64,000 bases of DNA from Candidatus Gottesmanbacteria bacterium (GCA_963701185.1 OY969569.1:116392-180391); one strand, 5' to 3'; positions 41,634 through 50,065 are shown, counted from the first letter of the stretch. Program-made: numbers and translations. The notes: generated from the letters alone by a model not told the origin.

Positions 41634-43205
41634 GTGCTTATTTTTTCATTATTGCCGCTTGCTTCACTATTTCATATAGGGTTGCCCGCGACGCATGACG
41701 GACAGGACCACGTAGCCAGAATTGCCAATTTTTACCGGTCGCTGGCAGAAGGGAATATCATTCCCCGGTGGGCGGGGTCTCTCAATTGGGGCTACGGACA
41801 TCCGATCCTCATGTTTTTATATCCGCTGCCGTCGTACATTGCATCTTTTTTTCATGCTCTGGGCCTTTCATTTGTTGACAGTACGAAGCTCGTGTTCGGG
41901 GTAGCCCTCATTGCCAGCGGACTGACGATGTATATGTGGATGAATGCTGCCTTTGGAAAAAAGGCGGGCATTGTCGGGGCGCTTTTGTATGTTTTTGCGC
42001 CGTACCGGTTTGTGGATTTATATGTGCGGGGTGCCATAGGGGAGCATGTGGCATTTATTTTTCCGCCGCTCGTACTGTATTTTCTCCGGAGACATTCCAT
42101 AATCGGCGTTTCATTTTCCCTTGCCGCGCTTATTCTTTCCCATAACGCCATAGCCATTATGTTCCTGCCGATTATAGGACTGTATGCTTTTTATCTTTTA
42201 CTATTTGAAGTGAAAAATAGGTGGTCGTTTATAGTTTATTGCTTATTGTCCGTCGTATTGGGTTTTGCCCTGTCCGCTTTCTTCTGGATACCCGCGTATT
42301 TTGAGGGTAAGTATACGCTTCGGGATATTGTTACGGCAGGAGATGTCGTGAAACGGTTTGTGCCCTGGTCATGGTTTCTGTATTCGCCGTGGAATTACGG
42401 ACTGGGTGAAACGATGTCAAAGTCATTGGGATTGATGCAGTGGTTTGGAGTTGCTGCCGCGATCTGGGCAATATGGAAGACGAAACAAAAAAACATACGG
42501 ATTCTGCTTGTATCCTTTTTGATAATTTTACTCGGATCATTATTTATTATGACCTCGGGGTCGCGGCCCCTGTGGATTGCCGTTACGATTTTGCAAAAGT
42601 TCCAATTTCCATGGCGCTTTCTTTCAGTATCGGTATTTGCCGCGTCAGCACTGGGAGGAATAGCATGTAGCCGGGCAAAAAAAGCATTCATTATTCCTTA
42701 TTCATTATTCATTATTCTGATTTCCGTCGGTATGTGGCACCCGAAAGCGTATATTTTCCATGATGAATCTTTTTATTCCGGCGTCTATGCCGGGACAACC
42801 GATACCGGTGAGAGCAGTCCGATCTGGTCGGTCCGATTTATGGAACATACCGCCCCGGCTCCGCTTGAGGTTATAGACGGTTCGGCGGTGATAACTGACG
42901 GCTTCCGTTCATCGACGGCGCATGAATATACGGTACAGGCCGCCAAACCTACACTCCTTCTTGAAAATACCGTGTATTTTCCTGACTGGAATGTATATGT
43001 AGACAAAACGGTTATCCCTATTGAGTACCAGAATCCGAATTACAGAGGGTTAATTACGTTTCAGGTTGCGGCAGGAACCCATAGCGTCCGGGTAGTATTT
43101 GAAAATACGAAGTTGCGCACTGTAGCCGAGAGGATTTCGCTCGCCGCTCTTGCTATAATCGCAGTGTCAGGTGTGGTACCTATCTTATGGCGGAAAAGAA
43201 CGTAA
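41634..43205 (+). CDS. Polytopic membrane protein, 'HD...GYGYP' family. The N-terminus is possibly disrupted; an upstream ATG at 41600 is in another frame
   Basis: PATHDGQDHVARIANF..EGNIIPRW..GYGHPILMFLYPLPSY. Carries in-frame repeat copy A at 42226-42251 (VYCLLS). See the finding on the T6 tract at 41642-41647. Confidence 0.55.
   Translation: MLIFSLLPLASLFHIGLPATHDGQDHVARIANFYRSLAEGNIIPRWAGSLNWGYGHPILMFLYPLPSYIASFFHALGLSFVDSTKLVFGVALIASGLTMYMWMNAAFGKKAGIVGALLYVFAPYRFVDLYVRGAIGEHVAFIFPPLVLYFLRRHSIIGVSFSLAALILSHNAIAIMFLPIIGLYAFYLLLFEVKNRWSFIVYCLLSVVLGFALSAFFWIPAYFEGKYTLRDIVTAGDVVKRFVPWSWFLYSPWNYGLGETMSKSLGLMQWFGVAAAIWAIWKTKQKNIRILLVSFLIILLGSLFIMTSGSRPLWIAVTILQKFQFPWRFLSVSVFAASALGGIACSRAKKAFIIPYSLFIILISVGMWHPKAYIFHDESFYSGVYAGTTDTGESSPIWSVRFMEHTAPAPLEVIDGSAVITDGFRSSTAHEYTVQAAKPTLLLENTVYFPDWNVYVDKTVIPIEYQNPNYRGLITFQVAAGTHSVRVVFENTKLRTVAERISLAALAIIAVSGVVPILWRKRT
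42226..42251 (+). repeat. Copy A of the dispersed 'GTTTATTGCTTATTGTCC' repeat (in-frame inside the 41634 gene)
   Basis: Exact 18-mer at 42234-42251, encoding VYCLLS. Flank cgtttata resembles the extended consensus GATTAyTG. Confidence 0.9.
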
Positions 43206-43957
43206 AACTTTCGGTCGCAATTGCCGTTTATAACGAAGAGAAAAATATCGAAGCGTGCCTCGCGTCGGTCCGCGGTTTGGCCGACGAAATCATTGTGGTG
43301 GACGGCGGATCAGGCGACCGCACGGTTTCCCTTGCCCGCGCATTTGGTTCCCGCATCATAGAGACGGATAATCCGCCGATGTTTCATTTAAATAAGCAAA
43401 AAGCACTGGATGCCTGCTCGGGGAGCTGGATACTTCAGCTTGATGCCGATGAACGGGTGACTCCCGCATTAAACAAAGAAATACGTTCGGTTATCAATGC
43501 CGGGTCGTCCGACGTTAACGGCTACTTTATCCCGCGGAAGAATTATTTTTGGGGACATTGGATGCGTAAAGGCGGGCAGTATCCGGATTATGTCATGCGG
43601 CTTGTGCGCCGCGGCAAGGCTCATTTTCCCGCCAAAAGCGTCCATGAACAAATTGATGTCATCGGTGAACCGGGGTACCTCACGGAGCCGATGGATCATA
43701 TTTCCTACCGGACCCGCGAAGATTATTGGAGGAAGGCGGAGAGTTATACAACGCTTGCCGCCATGGAAATGAAAAGAGACGGAGTCGGCAAAAACCCGTG
43801 GACGTGGTTTACCTACAATATTATAAAGCCGCAAATGACATTCCTTTCGTTGCTTATCCGTCATAAGGGATTTATGGACGGTTGGTACGGGTTGGTATTT
43901 GCCTACTTTTCCGCCCTGCATTTTCCGATTACGTATAAAAAATTCCTAAAGTTATGA
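43187..43957 (+). CDS. GT2 glycosyltransferase (paralogue of 15482 and 17256)
   Basis: LSVAIAVYNEEKNI...DEIIVVDGGSGDRT...LQLDADERV. Confidence 0.8.
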   Translation: MAEKNVKLSVAIAVYNEEKNIEACLASVRGLADEIIVVDGGSGDRTVSLARAFGSRIIETDNPPMFHLNKQKALDACSGSWILQLDADERVTPALNKEIRSVINAGSSDVNGYFIPRKNYFWGHWMRKGGQYPDYVMRLVRRGKAHFPAKSVHEQIDVIGEPGYLTEPMDHISYRTREDYWRKAESYTTLAAMEMKRDGVGKNPWTWFTYNIIKPQMTFLSLLIRHKGFMDGWYGLVFAYFSALHFPITYKKFLKL

Positions 43958-44493
43958 AAAAGAAAGTGATCATCTTGTTGATTACTGTTTATTGCTTATT
44001 GTCCACTGTTTCTTCAGTTTATGCCGACTATGTTCTTCCGTACCCGTCCTACATGCCTGGAAATAAACTATACCGGCTCACGAGGATTGTTGATCAATTA
44101 AAAAAGTATTGGTATCGGGGCAACATTGCGCAGACGAAGTATCACCTTGCATTGTCGGATAAGTATCTGGTCGAGGCGAGTACCCTCATGGAATATAAGC
44201 AGTACCTTCTCGGAGCTGATGCGCTGCGGAGATCCGATGCGGAGTTTGCGACGCTACCGGCATACGTTGCCGGCGCCAAAAAAGAAGGAGTCGACGTGCA
44301 TGAGCTGCAGCTTCTTCTTGCGGCTGCAGCCGGGAAACACAGGGAAGTATTAACCGGGCTTCTCCCCGTTGTCCCGCCGGACTTTACCTGGACTCCGGAG
44401 AAATCCAAGCCGACGGCGCTGCCTTTAAGCGACATAATCTCAGCATCAGTTGGTATTAGACAACGTATTGCCAGTGCAACAGGATCCCTATAA
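43954..44493 (+). CDS. Secreted hypothetical protein (signal peptide, 179 aa)
   Basis: MKKKVIILLITVYCLLSTVSSVYA|DY is an Sec-type signal peptide. The mature part is helical and Ala-rich, with no recognised domain. The h-region of the signal peptide is encoded by repeat copy B. Confidence 0.55.
   Translation: MKKKVIILLITVYCLLSTVSSVYADYVLPYPSYMPGNKLYRLTRIVDQLKKYWYRGNIAQTKYHLALSDKYLVEASTLMEYKQYLLGADALRRSDAEFATLPAYVAGAKKEGVDVHELQLLLAAAAGKHREVLTGLLPVVPPDFTWTPEKSKPTALPLSDIISASVGIRQRIASATGSL
43980..44005 (+). repeat. Copy B of the dispersed repeat (26 nt, GATTACTGTTTATTGCTTATTGTCCA)
   Basis: Matches the right inverted repeat of the 50850-51286 cassette at 25/26 positions. Encodes LITVYCLLS of the signal peptide. 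Confidence 0.9.
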
Positions 44494-44495
44494 TC

Positions 44496-45578
44496 ATGGC
44501 ACTCATCGCAGTGTTACTATTTTTAGCGGCAATAGGCATCGTAGGAGTTTTTTCCTACGGGTTTATTGATCCGAATTTGGTTTTATCCGCACACGTCATG
44601 TTTTCCCGGATTGCGGACCGGCCGGCGGCGGCCGTCATATTTTTCGTTATCCTTCTTGTTCTGTTTGCCGCGTACCTGTATTTTCTGAAGCACCCGCCGA
44701 AGTTTTGGGTGATACTGGCGGCGGCCGTCATGCTGGTTTTCTCGTATCCGGCTCTTACCTATGACGTATTCAACTACATCGCTACTGCCAAAGTTACATA
44801 TACATACCATGAAAACCCGTATATCATCATGCCGGTCGAGATCCCGAACGAACCCAATCTGGCATTTACAAGGGCGGCAAATAAAACAGCACTGTACGGG
44901 CCTGTGTGGATCGCATTGAGCGCCGTCCCGCATTATCTGGGGATGGGCAGCGTATGGCAGACAATCATTGCATTTAAGGCCATGAATTTGGCTGCGTATC
45001 TGGGGTTTTGTTATCTCATATACCGGGTCACTAAGAAGACGGCGAATGTTATTTTTTTTGCCGCCAATCCGCTGGTTTTGATAGAAGTGCTTATGAACGG
45101 ACATAATGACATTTACATGATGCTTGCGGCACTCGGAGGCCTGTTGTTGTGGCGTCAAAACAGGAAAGTCAGCGGATTTTTACTCTTCGCTGTTTCATGG
45201 CTGGTAAAGGGCGCGACCATAGTTCTTCTCCCGCTGTTATTTTTGAAAAATATATCAACGGAACGTCTTCTTCTCATTGCTTATTGCTTATTGTCCTTCG
45301 TTTTTTTTGTTATTGCCCCGGTCCGTGAAGAACTCTATCCATGGTATGCAGTCTGGCTTATTGCATCCGCGTCGCTGTTGCCTCTGAAGAACCACCGGTT
45401 CATATTCGGATTCACTGTCGTATTGTCTTTTGCGCTGGAGCTGCGTGCACTCCCGTATATGTGGATGGGATATTATGAAGGACCGGGACCGGCGCTTCGG
45501 CTGATACTCACTCTTGTTCCCGTTGTTGTGTATGCAGCATATACCGGGTTCCGGTATGTCTCTCAAAGAAAAACATGA
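44496..45578 (+). CDS. Polytopic membrane protein, putative GT-C-like (paralogue of 7258..8415)
   Basis: SYPALTYDVFNYIATAKVTYTYHENPY. Contains repeat copy C as an apparent 6-codon insertion relative to 7258. Confidence 0.5.
   Translation: MALIAVLLFLAAIGIVGVFSYGFIDPNLVLSAHVMFSRIADRPAAAVIFFVILLVLFAAYLYFLKHPPKFWVILAAAVMLVFSYPALTYDVFNYIATAKVTYTYHENPYIIMPVEIPNEPNLAFTRAANKTALYGPVWIALSAVPHYLGMGSVWQTIIAFKAMNLAAYLGFCYLIYRVTKKTANVIFFAANPLVLIEVLMNGHNDIYMMLAALGGLLLWRQNRKVSGFLLFAVSWLVKGATIVLLPLLFLKNISTERLLLIAYCLLSFVFFVIAPVREELYPWYAVWLIASASLLPLKNHRFIFGFTVVLSFALELRALPYMWMGYYEGPGPALRLILTLVPVVVYAAYTGFRYVSQRKT
45279..45296 (+). repeat. Copy C of the dispersed repeat (GCTTATTGCTTATTGTCC, 17/18)
   Basis: Encodes AYCLLS. 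Immediately followed by a T8 homopolymer (45300-45307). Confidence 0.85.
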
Positions 45579-47113
45579 AAAAAGGAATAATTATTTTCAT
45601 GATGCTGTGTATTCTTTTTGCCGTGTGGCCGCTGTTTGGCAGAAACTATATCCCGACGCACGACGGAGAATACCACATCATCCGCATTGTCGAATTTTCC
45701 CGTATGCTGGGAGAAGGCTACGTAGTGCCCCGATGGGCGCCGGATATGAACAGCGGCTACGGGATACCGATTTTTAATTTCCATTACCCCCTCCCGAACT
45801 ATATCGGTTCATTTGTCCGGGTTTTCACCGGGGATGCAGTGCGTGCGTTCCAGATGAGCATGGGAGTAGGGTACATCGTGCTTGCCGCAGCTGCATATTT
45901 TTGGTTACTCACCCTGTTTGGCGCCCTTCCGGCTGCGGTGGGAGCCATCGTTGCCGCATTCGTCCCGTACGTTTTTGTTGATATGTATGTGCGGGGTTCT
46001 ATCGGTGAAATCTGGGCGACTGCGTTCTTATTTATATGCTTCTATCTCCTGGAAAAGAAAAAATTTGTTTGGTTTGCCCTTGCATACGGACTCCTCATCC
46101 TCTCGCATAACATCATGGCAATGCTCTATACGCCGTTTTTGTTGGGATATGCGCTGATCCGGAATAAAAAGGCAGCCCTGTGGATGCTGGGCGGAATTGG
46201 TATGTCCGCTTTTTTCTGGATGCCTGCGCTTCTGGAATCCAAATACGTGGTCGGCCTTAATACCGTAAATTTCCGGGAACATTTTGTACAGCTGTACCAG
46301 CTTCTTATCCCATCGTGGGGTTCAGGGTTTTCCGGAAGCGGGTCATTCGGCAATACAATATCATTTCAAATAGGTCTCGTGCCGATACTTGCCTTTGTCG
46401 GAGCATTATATTCATCACGTAAAAAAATTCTTCTGTATTTTATTTTCTTTTTTGCCGTGTGCGTTCTCCTTATGTTGCCCCTGTCGCTGCCGGTATGGGA
46501 ATTTATCAAGCCCCTTGCGCTCATGCAGTACCCGTGGAGATTGCTGTCGTTTGTTATTCCTATAGCCGGTTTTTGTGCGGCTTTTTGGGTATCGTTGATG
46601 AAACGGAAATGGCCAGGGATAGCAATCGCCATTCTTGCAGTTATTTTTGCCGCTTCTTACGCACGTCCGGTTCTCTATGAACCCAGAAATGAAGCCTATT
46701 ATATGTCGCGGGCCAATTTTACCGATGGCACATCATCCATGGGAAATAGTTTTTCTACAATCTGGACGGGGTGGAAGGATACGCGCCCGAAAGATCCGAT
46801 CGTTGTGGAAAGCGGGCAGCTGAGGAAGATCCACCAGATGCGGTATCTTAATAAAACATTTGATGTCATTATGGTCGGCACAGGGCGCGTTACCGTCAAT
46901 ACGCTTTATTTTCCGGGGTGGACAGCAACTGTAGACGGGAAAAACGTACCCATCGATTATCAGAAAGACGGTATTATTCATTTTTCCGTTCCTGCAGGAG
47001 CACACCTGATACGCGTTATTTTTACCGATACGCCGATCCGAAATGCGGGAAACATCATTTCGATCGCCAGCGTGGCTGTCCTGGCCGTTTTAGGGTATAC
47101 TTCTTTACAATGA
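45575..47113 (+). CDS. Polytopic membrane protein, 'HD...GYGYP' family paralogue
   Basis: PTHDGEYHIIRIVEF..GEGYVVPRW..GYGIPIFNFHYPLPNY. C-terminal LYFPGWTATVDGKNVPIDYQKDGIIHFSVPAGAHLIRVIF. Confidence 0.55.
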   Translation: MKKGIIIFMMLCILFAVWPLFGRNYIPTHDGEYHIIRIVEFSRMLGEGYVVPRWAPDMNSGYGIPIFNFHYPLPNYIGSFVRVFTGDAVRAFQMSMGVGYIVLAAAAYFWLLTLFGALPAAVGAIVAAFVPYVFVDMYVRGSIGEIWATAFLFICFYLLEKKKFVWFALAYGLLILSHNIMAMLYTPFLLGYALIRNKKAALWMLGGIGMSAFFWMPALLESKYVVGLNTVNFREHFVQLYQLLIPSWGSGFSGSGSFGNTISFQIGLVPILAFVGALYSSRKKILLYFIFFFAVCVLLMLPLSLPVWEFIKPLALMQYPWRLLSFVIPIAGFCAAFWVSLMKRKWPGIAIAILAVIFAASYARPVLYEPRNEAYYMSRANFTDGTSSMGNSFSTIWTGWKDTRPKDPIVVESGQLRKIHQMRYLNKTFDVIMVGTGRVTVNTLYFPGWTATVDGKNVPIDYQKDGIIHFSVPAGAHLIRVIFTDTPIRNAGNIISIASVAVLAVLGYTSLQ

Positions 47114-48153
47114 AGATAGCCATAGACATAACCCCTCTTGAATCTGCACACCGCGTGCGCGGTGTGGGCGTGTATACGAAGAATCTCGTTGATGCGCTGG
47201 AAAAATATGAAACAGGGCATACATACCTTTATTTTACGGGTAAGCAGCTTGCGCCGCAGGACGCGGATATCGTGCATTATCCGTATTTTGACCCGTTCTT
47301 TCTGACATTGCCCCTGGTGAAACGGGCTCCGACCGTGGTGACAGTTCATGATCTTATCCCGCTGGTGTTCCCGTACAAGTTTCCGTCCGGAATCCGCGGT
47401 GCGCTCAAATGGCAGGTGCAGAAGGTATCACTCCGGAGCGTCCGCCGTATTATTGCCGATTCACTTTCGTCAAAAAACGATATCGCACGGATTGCCGGCA
47501 TCAGGAAGGAGAAAATCGATACGGTGTATTTAGCGCCTGATGCGGCGTACCGCGAGATTTCGGATCCGAAGGTTCTTACGTCCGTACGTAAAAAATATTC
47601 TCTGCCGAAACACTATATCCTTTTTGTCGGCGACGTCAATTGGAACAAAAATGTGACCGGATTACTCCGGGCTTTTACACTGCTGCGGAAACGAAATGAA
47701 CTGGCGCAAATCAAATTAGTTTTAGTCGGCCGGGCGTTTGGAGATTCTGCACTTGCCGAAACACAGGAAATCAACCGGCTTATTGGCGACAACGGCCTGG
47801 GGCATGTGGTTGTCACCCCCGGAAGCATCCCTATTGATGAGCTTGCAGCCGTCTATTCCATGGCTGCGGTTTACGTACAACCTTCCCACTATGAAGGGTT
47901 CGGTCTGCCGGTATTGGAGGCCATGGCCTGCGGCTGTCCGGTTGTGAGTACAAACACGTCCAGCCTTAAGGAAATCGCGGGGCCGGCATTGCAGGTATCG
48001 CCAAAACCGGAGGATATCTGCACGGGTATCTCGGATATGCTTGAGCGAAAAAGAAAGGTTCAGTCGGACCGTCAATTTGAATGGGTTAAAAAGTTTACAT
48101 GGAAAAAAGTTGCAGGGGACACGGTTGCGGCGTATGAAAGGGTATTGGCGTGA
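47110..48153 (+). CDS. GT4 glycosyltransferase
   Basis: MKIAIDITPL..RGVGVYTKNL. C-terminal EGFGLPVLEAMACGCPVVSTN. Start at ATG 47110 (ATGA overlap). The longer 46918 ORF is not supported. Confidence 0.85.
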   Translation: MKIAIDITPLESAHRVRGVGVYTKNLVDALEKYETGHTYLYFTGKQLAPQDADIVHYPYFDPFFLTLPLVKRAPTVVTVHDLIPLVFPYKFPSGIRGALKWQVQKVSLRSVRRIIADSLSSKNDIARIAGIRKEKIDTVYLAPDAAYREISDPKVLTSVRKKYSLPKHYILFVGDVNWNKNVTGLLRAFTLLRKRNELAQIKLVLVGRAFGDSALAETQEINRLIGDNGLGHVVVTPGSIPIDELAAVYSMAAVYVQPSHYEGFGLPVLEAMACGCPVVSTNTSSLKEIAGPALQVSPKPEDICTGISDMLERKRKVQSDRQFEWVKKFTWKKVAGDTVAAYERVLA

Positions 48154-48836
48154 AAAAACTTTCCGTTATCGTCCCCGTGTATAACGAGCAGAATACTGTC
48201 GGTGAAATACTGCGCCGGATTGAATCTGTCCGGGTCCCCGGTTGGTCAAAAGAAATTATTGTTGTGGACGACGGATCGCGCGACCGGACAAAATCAATTC
48301 TGAAATCATGGGAAAAGAAAGTTCATGTTATCTACAAAGAGAAAAATGAAGGAAAGGGGAGCGCGCTGTGCCTGGGATTTAAAAAGGCCGCGGGTGACGT
48401 CATCCTGATACAGGATGCGGATTTGGAATACAGTCCGACGGACTACCCGATACTTTTGGCGCCTTTTGACAATCCGCACGTGGATGTGGTGTACGGGTCT
48501 CGGTTTTTAGGACCGCACCTTTCCACGATGTTTATCTACGCGCAGGGAAATAAGTTCGTAACGCTCGTGACCAATTTATTGTTTAATACCAATATTACGG
48601 ATATGGAAACGGGATATAAAGTTTTCCGGCGCCGGGCATTGGACGGCATCACCATCCGCGCGAAGCGTTTTGATGTAGAGCCGGAAATCACCGTCAAAGT
48701 ACTGAAAAAAGGATGCCAGATTTATGAAGTCCCCATCTCCTACTACGGAAGAAAATTCGCCGAGGGAAAGAAACTAACCTGGCGGGACGGCGTGGTGGCA
48801 TTATGGACACTTATAAAATATCGTTTCGTAAATTAA
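48150..48836 (+). CDS. GT2 polyprenol-phosphate glycosyltransferase (Dpm1-like)
   Basis: LSVIVPVYNEQNTV...IIVVDDGSRDRT...IQDADLEYSP. Confidence 0.85.
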   Translation: MKKLSVIVPVYNEQNTVGEILRRIESVRVPGWSKEIIVVDDGSRDRTKSILKSWEKKVHVIYKEKNEGKGSALCLGFKKAAGDVILIQDADLEYSPTDYPILLAPFDNPHVDVVYGSRFLGPHLSTMFIYAQGNKFVTLVTNLLFNTNITDMETGYKVFRRRALDGITIRAKRFDVEPEITVKVLKKGCQIYEVPISYYGRKFAEGKKLTWRDGVVALWTLIKYRFVN

Positions 48837-50065
48837 TTAACAATAGCCTTGCCAGAAACAGCGCGATTGTTTTTGCCGGATCCATGGCGGCTAACGTTCT
48901 GGCGTATGTGTATCACCTGCTGATGGGCAGACTTCTGGGCCCGGCAGGATACGGGGAGTTTTCTTCACTCGTGTCGATATTTTATATATTTTCCGTTCCC
49001 CTTGTCGTCGCTTCGACGGTGCTTGTAAAGTTTATTTCCGGATTTAAGGCCCGTCATGCAATCGGTCAGGCAAAATCTCTTTTCTGGAGCGTGACAAAAT
49101 TAGTTTTCGTCATTTCTCTTATCGGACTGCCGGTTATGCTGGGAGCCGCGCCGTGGATCACATCGTTTTTGCATTTATCGTCAGGGGTGTTATTTATGCT
49201 GGTATATCTGACATTCGTCATGTCGCTCCTTTCGATTGCGCCGGCCAGCATGCTTCAGGGGTATCAGCGTTTTGTCTGGGTAAGCGTATTCGCGGTATTC
49301 ATGGTTGCGGTAAAAATACTTTTTAGTGTGCCGATGGCCGCATGGGGAGTATATGGAGTGCTGTCGGCTGCCGCCATCGCCGCAGCCGTTACGTATCTTC
49401 TCTATTATATTCCGCTTGGTTTTATATTAAAGGCAAAAAGTGAGAAAAGCACTGTCAGTAAGCGTGATGCATTCCGGTTTGCAGTCCCGACATTGTTGAT
49501 TCAGCTGGGCATGACATCTTTGTATACGACCGATATCATTCTTGTCAGACATTTTTTCCCCGCAGCGGAGGCCGGATTATATGCCGCACTCGCAATTCTG
49601 GGGAAAATTATATTTTATGCATCAAGCTCGGTTTCTCTTGTTCTTTTTCCCGTTTTGTCAGAACGTACGGAGACAGGTGCGGCGACAAAAAAGCTTACGG
49701 CATCAGCTGTCGGCGGCGTCACTGCGGTTTCCGCCGGAGTCACCGCATTATATTTTCTTTTTCCTGACTTTATTGTAGGATCTCTGTTCGGCAACGCGTA
49801 CGCGGGAGCGGGAAGTTTCCTGGGATTGTTCGGCGTATTTCTTGCATTGTTTTCAGTGGGGAGCATTATCGTGACGGCGTGTTTAGCGTTGGGACGAACC
49901 GGCGTGTGGTTCGTGCCGGTCACCTGTGCTATTCTGCAGATTGCCGGTATAGCCGTTTGGCATGAGAGTATCGGAACAGTCATCAATCTGAATATAGGCG
50001 TCTGTACCCTGTATGTTTTGGGATCTGCCGTCTATTACCTGAAAGTCACGTATGCGAAAATTTAG
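48803..50065 (+). CDS. MOP-superfamily flippase (Wzx-like)
   Basis: 420 aa with about 12 TM helices. N-terminal LINNSLARNSAIVFAGSMAANVLAYVYHLLMGRLLGPAGYGEF resembles Wzx N-termini. Confidence 0.6.
   Translation: MDTYKISFRKLINNSLARNSAIVFAGSMAANVLAYVYHLLMGRLLGPAGYGEFSSLVSIFYIFSVPLVVASTVLVKFISGFKARHAIGQAKSLFWSVTKLVFVISLIGLPVMLGAAPWITSFLHLSSGVLFMLVYLTFVMSLLSIAPASMLQGYQRFVWVSVFAVFMVAVKILFSVPMAAWGVYGVLSAAAIAAAVTYLLYYIPLGFILKAKSEKSTVSKRDAFRFAVPTLLIQLGMTSLYTTDIILVRHFFPAAEAGLYAALAILGKIIFYASSSVSLVLFPVLSERTETGAATKKLTASAVGGVTAVSAGVTALYFLFPDFIVGSLFGNAYAGAGSFLGLFGVFLALFSVGSIIVTACLALGRTGVWFVPVTCAILQIAGIAVWHESIGTVINLNIGVCTLYVLGSAVYYLKVTYAKI

Noticed and set aside
10213-47113. Naming the HD...GYGYP membrane family as a specific Pfam family (e.g. 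a 'PTPS-related' membrane domain) or as an oligosaccharyltransferase
   Set aside because: I cannot verify the family assignment from memory. Only the motif description and the shared C-terminal module are stated.
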